This document shows, in pieces, positions 58,265 to 64,000 of a DNA stretch of 64,000 bases (within the stretch, counting starts at the first letter, position 1; each line of letters opens with the position of its first letter). Made by a program: the position numbers and the translations under genes. Source of the stretch: Flavobacteriales bacterium (GTDB lineage: Bacteria; Bacteroidota; Bacteroidia; Palsa-965); contig JBEIPA010000003.1 of NCBI GenBank assembly GCA_040377305.1, forward strand, positions 64,001 through 128,000, read 5' to 3'. The notes under the pieces were generated by a model. It was not told where the DNA came from. It made no database searches and was given only the letters and a program-made list of their open reading frames with translations.

Positions 58265-61200
58265 CTAGATTCTGATGCCTACAACCAAAACATCGTCAAC
58301 CTGAGCATACGTGTCTTTCCAGCCGTCAAATGCCTGTTCGAGTCTCGCAGCCTGATCCGTCAAGGATAGACCTTCAATTTCGCGTAGCAGTTCAAGGAGA
58401 TGCTTCACCATGAACTTCTTGCCGCGTGGACCTCCAAACTGATCAGCATATCCATCCGAGAACATGTAAAGCATGTCACCAGGTTCGAGAATGACGGTGT
58501 GTAGCGAGTATTCATTCACGCGTTCAGTGAGATTGCCGCCAATCGGGAATCGGTCGCTGTCAATTTTGGTGAGCACACCTTTACGTATAAGAACGAGTGG
58601 ACGTAAAGCTCCGGCAAATTTAAGTTCGCGTGAACCATCGGTGAATACGCAGATAGCAATGTCCATTCCATCGCGCGTGTCTTCTTCACCGTGCTGACCT
58701 TGCTTGAGTGCAGCCATCACCCCTTTATTAAGACGGTTCAGAATTTCTTCCGGAGATGTAATTCCTTTCTCGAGCACGATCTGGTTGAGAAGGTTGTGAC
58801 CAATTACACTCATCAGCGCACCAGGAACACCGTGGCCTGTACAATCGGCACACACCATGATTTTCTTTCCGTCTTTCTCTGCGAACCAATAGAAGTCGCC
58901 CGACACAATGTCTTTCGGGCGATAGAAAACAAAACTCTGTGGCAGGTGACGATAAATAAAATCAAGTTCGGGAAGAACCGCTCCTTGAATCCGTTTCGCG
59001 TACTGAATACTTGCTGTAATGTCTGCGTTCTTTTGTGCAAGCTCGTGCGTTCGTTCAGCAACTTTAGCTTCGAGTATTCTGTTCTCTTTCTTGATCGCAC
59101 GCGTTCTGTATCGTGTGAATCCGATTACACCGCCGATTACAGTTAGCACACAAATAGAGTAGAACCAGGTCGTCTTCCACCAAGGTGGTTGCACTTCTAT
59201 GCGTATGGAAATGCCTTCTTCGTTCCAATTTCCATTACTGTCCGCTCCCCGGATACGAAGCGTGTATTTGCCTCCCGGTAAGTTGGTGTAACTGATAAAA
59301 CGATTGGTTGTAACTGGCGACCAATCGTCATCGAATCCTTCGAGTTTGTATTGGTACATGTTCTTCTCCGGATCCACAAAGTCAAGAACGGATGCTTCGA
59401 AGCTGAAGTAATTTTCACGCCATGTTACGCTGATAAATCGTTTGGCTGTAATGGCAGAATCGAGCACAATCTCCGTTCCGAATCGCTTATAAGAAGTCAC
59501 AAATACGGGCGGAACTGAAGAACTTTTTCCCAGTCGTTTTGTGTCGATAATGTTCAGTCCTTTTTGCCCGCCGAAATAAAGAATCCCTTGCTTATTCCGG
59601 AAGTAGGCCCCTTGGTTGAACTCTTCAGGCTGAACGCCCGCGGCCGGACCATAATTGACAAACTGTTTTTCTGTGCCGGTAACATTCGCTTTGAAGCGGG
59701 TCAATCCTTTGTTGTGGCTCAACCACAGATAGCCTTCATTGTCGGGCAGAATCGCATAAATATTATCGCTGGGCAATCCGTTACGTTCATAATAGGTGGT
59801 GAATCCTTTGCCTGATTTATCGAGCAGGTCTAAGCCGTTCGCGGTACCAATCCACACGTTTCCCAATGCGTCTTCTGCAACGCAATATGTACGATCGTTA
59901 GAAAGTGAAGTCTGATCACTCTCATTGTGTTGATACTTCGTAAGCGCGCCCTTTCGTTCACGTTTCATTACACCACCATCGCGTGTGCAAATCCAAAGCG
60001 CTCCTTGTTTGTCGAAGTACAAATTGAAAATCACATCGCTCGTGAAACCGGAATTTTCCGAATTGTATTGTGTCAACGAATCCGTTTTCGGGTCGAGGTT
60101 GTACAATCCACCTCCAAAAGTTCCAAACCAGATCGTTTTGTCAACGGGATCTTCTTTGATGCAAAGAATGGTGCCATTTTCCAGACCGAAATCAGTAGAA
60201 TAGGTCTTCACTTTTCCGTCTGGCGACTTCCGATTTAATCCTTCTCCGTACGTGCCCACCCAAATAGTTCCGTCGGTGGCTTCTGTAACACTTAGAACTG
60301 AATTGCTGACAGAAGTAGACAATTCAGGATGTTGAGCGTACTCATCTGTTTTCGGATTAAATGTGGTCAAGCCTCCTCCATCTGTTCCGATCCAGATTAC
60401 TCCCGTGTGATCTTCCATGACACAGAAAATTCCGCTGCTCATGAGTGTGTTATTTTCCACACCAGGTCGCTCTGAGCGACGAACATGGGAGATCGTTGAT
60501 GTAGAACGGAAGTACACGCTTATTCCGCGTCCACTTGTTCCGCACCACATATTTCCGCTTCGGTCCCGAAAAACACATTTCGGTTGATCCGAAGCAAACG
60601 CGTAAGGATCGCGATCATTGGGAGAGTAATGCTGTATCTGTTCACTACCGGGATTCATGATGTCGAGACTGATATCGAAAATCGCGAGCCACAAATCACC
60701 TTTCTCGTCGTACGTCATATCAAACACCCGTGCTTCTGCAATGGAGTTCGACTTTTCAGCCGGATTAACGACACGATCAAATTTGTGCGAGGAAAAATTG
60801 AATACCTGCATTCCGCCACCATCTGTTCCAACCCACAAGGTATTTTCGTCGCGATATGCGAGCGAGCGCACCTGATTACACTGTCCGCGACGACGCACAT
60901 CATCTGATACTACTTTCGGATACAGTTTTGCAATCTCATCATCGGTCAACGTATAGTTCGTGAAACGTCGTGTTGCAGGATCCAGCATACACAACCCGTT
61001 GCCGTAAGTCCCGATCCAGAGATTTCCTTTTTTGTCTTCATAGAGGTCAAAAACCCGATTGCCTGCAATGGAAAACGGATCATTCGCATTATTCGTGAAA
61101 CGCGTAAACTTTTTCGTTTGCCGGTCAAACAAATTCAGACCATCATCAGTGCCAATCCACAAATTACCTTTCGCATCTTCCATGATCACTCGCACAGAGT

Positions 61201-61603
61201 TACTGCTGATCGTAGAAGCGTCTGAATCGTTGTACGTATAATGCGTGAAGTTATTCTTCACCGGATCATACATATCGAGTCCGCCTCCTGTCATTCCAAG
61301 CCAAATCATCCCATCTTTCGATTCAAACATGGTGTAGATGAAATTGTTTGCGAGTGAATTCGCATCCTGAGGGTCGCGCTTGAAAATCTTGAACGTATAT
61401 CCGTCGTATCGGTTCAAACCTTCCTGTGTACCGAACCACATGAAGCCCTGCTGATCCTGCATGATGCAGTTCACTACGGTTTGAGATAGTCCCTGTTCAA
61501 CCGAGATGTGCGAGAACTTATAATCTTGTGCACACAGTTGGGTCGCGATCGTAATAACTATCGCACTGTATAGCACACGCAGAAAACTGGTTGATCTCGC
61601 CAT
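58265..61603 (-). CDS. SpoIIE/PP2C phosphatase with periplasmic two-component propeller and Y_Y_Y domains (SiaA-like)
   Basis: Propeller repeats, YTNL.GG.Y, TM helix, SIQYAKRIQ, PKDIVSGDFYW, DCTGHGVPGA, DGMD, SDGYADQFGG, QVDD. Confidence 0.93.
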   Translation of the reverse strand: MARSTSFLRVLYSAIVITIATQLCAQDYKFSHISVEQGLSQTVVNCIMQDQQGFMWFGTQEGLNRYDGYTFKIFKRDPQDANSLANNFIYTMFESKDGMIWLGMTGGGLDMYDPVKNNFTHYTYNDSDASTISSNSVRVIMEDAKGNLWIGTDDGLNLFDRQTKKFTRFTNNANDPFSIAGNRVFDLYEDKKGNLWIGTYGNGLCMLDPATRRFTNYTLTDDEIAKLYPKVVSDDVRRRGQCNQVRSLAYRDENTLWVGTDGGGMQVFNFSSHKFDRVVNPAEKSNSIAEARVFDMTYDEKGDLWLAIFDISLDIMNPGSEQIQHYSPNDRDPYAFASDQPKCVFRDRSGNMWCGTSGRGISVYFRSTSTISHVRRSERPGVENNTLMSSGIFCVMEDHTGVIWIGTDGGGLTTFNPKTDEYAQHPELSTSVSNSVLSVTEATDGTIWVGTYGEGLNRKSPDGKVKTYSTDFGLENGTILCIKEDPVDKTIWFGTFGGGLYNLDPKTDSLTQYNSENSGFTSDVIFNLYFDKQGALWICTRDGGVMKRERKGALTKYQHNESDQTSLSNDRTYCVAEDALGNVWIGTANGLDLLDKSGKGFTTYYERNGLPSDNIYAILPDNEGYLWLSHNKGLTRFKANVTGTEKQFVNYGPAAGVQPEEFNQGAYFRNKQGILYFGGQKGLNIIDTKRLGKSSSVPPVFVTSYKRFGTEIVLDSAITAKRFISVTWRENYFSFEASVLDFVDPEKNMYQYKLEGFDDDWSPVTTNRFISYTNLPGGKYTLRIRGADSNGNWNEEGISIRIEVQPPWWKTTWFYSICVLTVIGGVIGFTRYRTRAIKKENRILEAKVAERTHELAQKNADITASIQYAKRIQGAVLPELDFIYRHLPQSFVFYRPKDIVSGDFYWFAEKDGKKIMVCADCTGHGVPGALMSVIGHNLLNQIVLEKGITSPEEILNRLNKGVMAALKQGQHGEEDTRDGMDIAICVFTDGSRELKFAGALRPLVLIRKGVLTKIDSDRFPIGGNLTERVNEYSLHTVILEPGDMLYMFSDGYADQFGGPRGKKFMVKHLLELLREIEGLSLTDQAARLEQAFDGWKDTYAQVDDVLVVGIRI

Positions 61604-61621
61604 AAAGACGATCTAAAAGTA

Positions 61622-61680
61622 AGGAATTAGGGAATGCGGAGTTTTATCACTTATTCCGCATCCCCCGTTCCTCATTCCCC
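61622..61680. repeat. Inverted pair of 7-mer repeat tracts between divergent genes
   Basis: aggaattagggaatgcgga ... ttccgcatcccccgttcctcattcccc. Confidence 0.55.
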
Positions 61681-61705
61681 GTTCATCAATCCTTATCTTT
61701 GCAAC

Positions 61706-62452
61706 ATGATGTCTTGCGATCGCGAAAACTGGTTTGAGGAGTGGTTCAACAGTCCATATTACCACATGTTGTATGCCAATCGCAGTACAGCAGAAGCTGA
61801 TGCGTTCATTCTGAATGTACACAAGCTACTAGAACTTCCTCCTGGATCAAAAATTCTCGATCTGGCATGCGGTAAAGGCCGGCACTCGAAGGCGCTCGCA
61901 TCGCAGGGATACAATGTAACGGGTGTAGATCTATCGGAAAACAGTATCGTGGAAGCGAAAAAAATGGAGTCCGATAATCTGAACTTCATGGTACACGATA
62001 TGCGCCGTCCGGTTGCTGCTAATTATTATGATGCTGTGCTCAATTTGTTTACCAGTTTCGGGTATTTCGTTTCGCAACGGGATAACGTGAGAACCATTAA
62101 CGCTGTTGCATCAGCATTGAAACCCAAAGGACTATTTCTTATTGACTTTCTCAACGCCGTTAAAGTGAAGAAAGCAGTTGAAGCGAATGCCGAAGGGAAT
62201 GTGGAACGGGAAAATGTTCGTTTTCATTGGAAGAAATCGATTGAAGAAGGCTCTGTTGTAAAACAGATTACCATAACCGACGGATCGGAAAAGTTTGAAT
62301 TTTGTGAGCACGTCCAGCTATTCAGCCTGGCTGATTTTGCCGGGATGTTAAATCATAAATTTGAAATCGTGAATGTCTTTGGCGACTATAACCTCGCTAC
62401 TTTTGACGAATCAAATTCCGACCGCCTCATTTTAAGCTGCAGGAAGAAATAG
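61706..62452 (+). CDS. Class I SAM-dependent methyltransferase
   Basis: Start at ATG 61706 below TATCTTTG (61694-61701); LDLACGKGRH, GVDLS, DMR, NLFTSFGYF. Confidence 0.92.
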   Translation: MMSCDRENWFEEWFNSPYYHMLYANRSTAEADAFILNVHKLLELPPGSKILDLACGKGRHSKALASQGYNVTGVDLSENSIVEAKKMESDNLNFMVHDMRRPVAANYYDAVLNLFTSFGYFVSQRDNVRTINAVASALKPKGLFLIDFLNAVKVKKAVEANAEGNVERENVRFHWKKSIEEGSVVKQITITDGSEKFEFCEHVQLFSLADFAGMLNHKFEIVNVFGDYNLATFDESNSDRLILSCRKK

Positions 62453-62455
62453 AGT

Positions 62456-63187
62456 ATGCTCATTTACGGAGTTATCGCATTCATTTCAGTATTCGCCAGC
62501 GGATTGCTTCTGCTTGCATTCAAAATTCCGCGCAATCCAATGAAAATGCTGCTTGCATTCAGCGGTGCATTTTTGTTTGCGATGAGTTTGCTGCATCTCG
62601 TTCCTGAGTTGTACACCGACGGAGGAGCGGGCATCGGAATCTGGATTCTCGTCGGGTTTATGATTCAACTTTTGCTCGAATATGTTTCAGAAGGAATTGA
62701 GCACGGTCACGTACATAATCACGACGATCATCATCATGATAAGTCGAAAGTACCTGTAGGAATTATCGGCGGATTATGCCTCCATTCTTTCCTTGAAGGA
62801 ATGCCACTCGGAGTAAAAGCAGATGCCGACGTAATCTTCACGCCCTTCTTAACCGGAATTGTGCTTCACAATATTCCGATTGCAATTGCATTCATGGGAA
62901 TTCTGCTTCATCATGGAAATTCAAAAGCCAAAGCTGCGTTGTGGTTAGGCGTTTTTGCAGTGATGACACCATTGGGAATGATTGCTGCTCATTTTGTCGG
63001 TTCTCAGCTCACCGGAGATTTGCAACCGTATTTCAATATTGTAACAGCAGTGGTTGTCGGAATCTTTCTGCATATTTCTACCACAATTCTGTTTGAGACT
63101 TCGGAAAATCACCGCTTCAATGCGGTGAAGTTTATCACCATTCTGTGCGGAATTTTCGCTGCATGGCTTATTACACATACTGCATAA
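62456..63187 (+). CDS. ZIP family metal transporter
   Basis: LAFSGAFL...HL.PE, His-rich loop HGHVHNHDDHHH, HSFLEG, HNIP. Confidence 0.92.
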   Translation: MLIYGVIAFISVFASGLLLLAFKIPRNPMKMLLAFSGAFLFAMSLLHLVPELYTDGGAGIGIWILVGFMIQLLLEYVSEGIEHGHVHNHDDHHHDKSKVPVGIIGGLCLHSFLEGMPLGVKADADVIFTPFLTGIVLHNIPIAIAFMGILLHHGNSKAKAALWLGVFAVMTPLGMIAAHFVGSQLTGDLQPYFNIVTAVVVGIFLHISTTILFETSENHRFNAVKFITILCGIFAAWLITHTA

Positions 63188-64000
63188 TGGAGAAGGAGAG
63201 TTTACCACCGGGAGATTTTCGCATGGTGGCGAAAACGATGCAGGGATTGGAACCTGTTTTGTACAAGGAATTGCTGCGAATCGGAGCACGTGATATCGAA
63301 GAGCACAATCGTGCGGTTTCTTTTGTTGGTGACAAGGGCACGATGTACAAAGCAAATTTCATGTTGCGTACGGCATTGCGCATATTGCTTCCGGTCACTG
63401 AATTTCTCGCAAAGGACGAACAGGAATTTTACGATGGAATTATGGCAATCGACTGGTCGCAGTGGATTGATGAGAAGAATACGATTGCGATTGACACAAC
63501 TTTGAATGGTGATGTATTCACACATTCATTTTTTATGTCGCAAAAATGCAAGGATGCAATTGCCGATCAGTTCAGAAACAAAACCGGCGCGCGTCCTTCA
63601 GTTGATACGGAACAGCCAGACCTGCGTGTCAATCTTCATATTTACAATGATAAAATCACGGTATCGCTCGACAGTAGCGGAAGTTCGCTTCACAAGCGCG
63701 GATACAGAAACGATACAGGTCGCGCTCCTCTGAACGAAGTTTTAGCTGCAGGAATGATTCAGCTCACGGGCTGGGAGGGAAGAACACGACTTATTGATCC
63801 CATGTGTGGTTCCGGAACAATTCCGATCGAAGCTGCTTTACTTGCAGCCAATATTCCTTCAGGTTTCTTTCGCGAATATTTCGCATTCCTCAAGTGGCGC
63901 GACTTCGATGCTGCGTTGTGGGAGAAAATTACTGAAGGTGCAATCAACCGGATAAGCAACGAGCAGCAGGATATAATAGGGATTGAAATTTCTTCAAACA
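63187..64000 (+). CDS. THUMP-domain RNA methyltransferase (RlmL-like), 3' truncated by window edge
   Basis: Not in ORF track. ATG at 63187 (TAATG overlap): AKT..GLE.VL..EL, SLHKRGYR, APLNEVLAAG, DPMCGSGTI. Confidence 0.92.
   Translation, partial: MEKESLPPGDFRMVAKTMQGLEPVLYKELLRIGARDIEEHNRAVSFVGDKGTMYKANFMLRTALRILLPVTEFLAKDEQEFYDGIMAIDWSQWIDEKNTIAIDTTLNGDVFTHSFFMSQKCKDAIADQFRNKTGARPSVDTEQPDLRVNLHIYNDKITVSLDSSGSSLHKRGYRNDTGRAPLNEVLAAGMIQLTGWEGRTRLIDPMCGSGTIPIEAALLAANIPSGFFREYFAFLKWRDFDAALWEKITEGAINRISNEQQDIIGIEISSN

Overview
The window comes from a Bacteroidota-type genome. It has TAnnTTTG -7 promoter motifs, T9SS C-terminal sorting domains, and propeller/Y_Y_Y sensors. It carries about 50 CDSs and no rRNA, intact tRNA, CRISPR array or integrase/transposase. 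Most genes are housekeeping or envelope genes: an ABC-F ATPase, pntAB, two M1 aminopeptidases, prolyl oligopeptidase, two peroxiredoxins, an MFS sugar transporter, a ZIP transporter and a THUMP RNA methyltransferase. The standout is an AT-rich, tightly coupled four-gene island (22278-28302, minus strand). It encodes a MORC/MutL-type GHKL ATPase fused to a complete histidine kinase, a receiver-domain protein with an unrecognised C-terminal domain, a His-rich orphan, and an N6-adenine DNA methyltransferase, with no recognisable restriction enzyme. It is a candidate phosphorelay-controlled defence system. It lies next to a HipBA-like toxin-antitoxin pair in a region punctuated by three copies of one hairpin repeat. 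Also notable: a SiaA/B/C-like phospho-switch lacking SiaD, a lipoprotein + secreted protein + TerB-ABCG fusion locus, a possible ART/TNT-fold orphan beside tRNA-3'-like duplicated sequences, and many intergenic 7/8-mer repeat hairpins and REP/MITE-like elements. All assignments come from motif recognition by eye; no searches were run.
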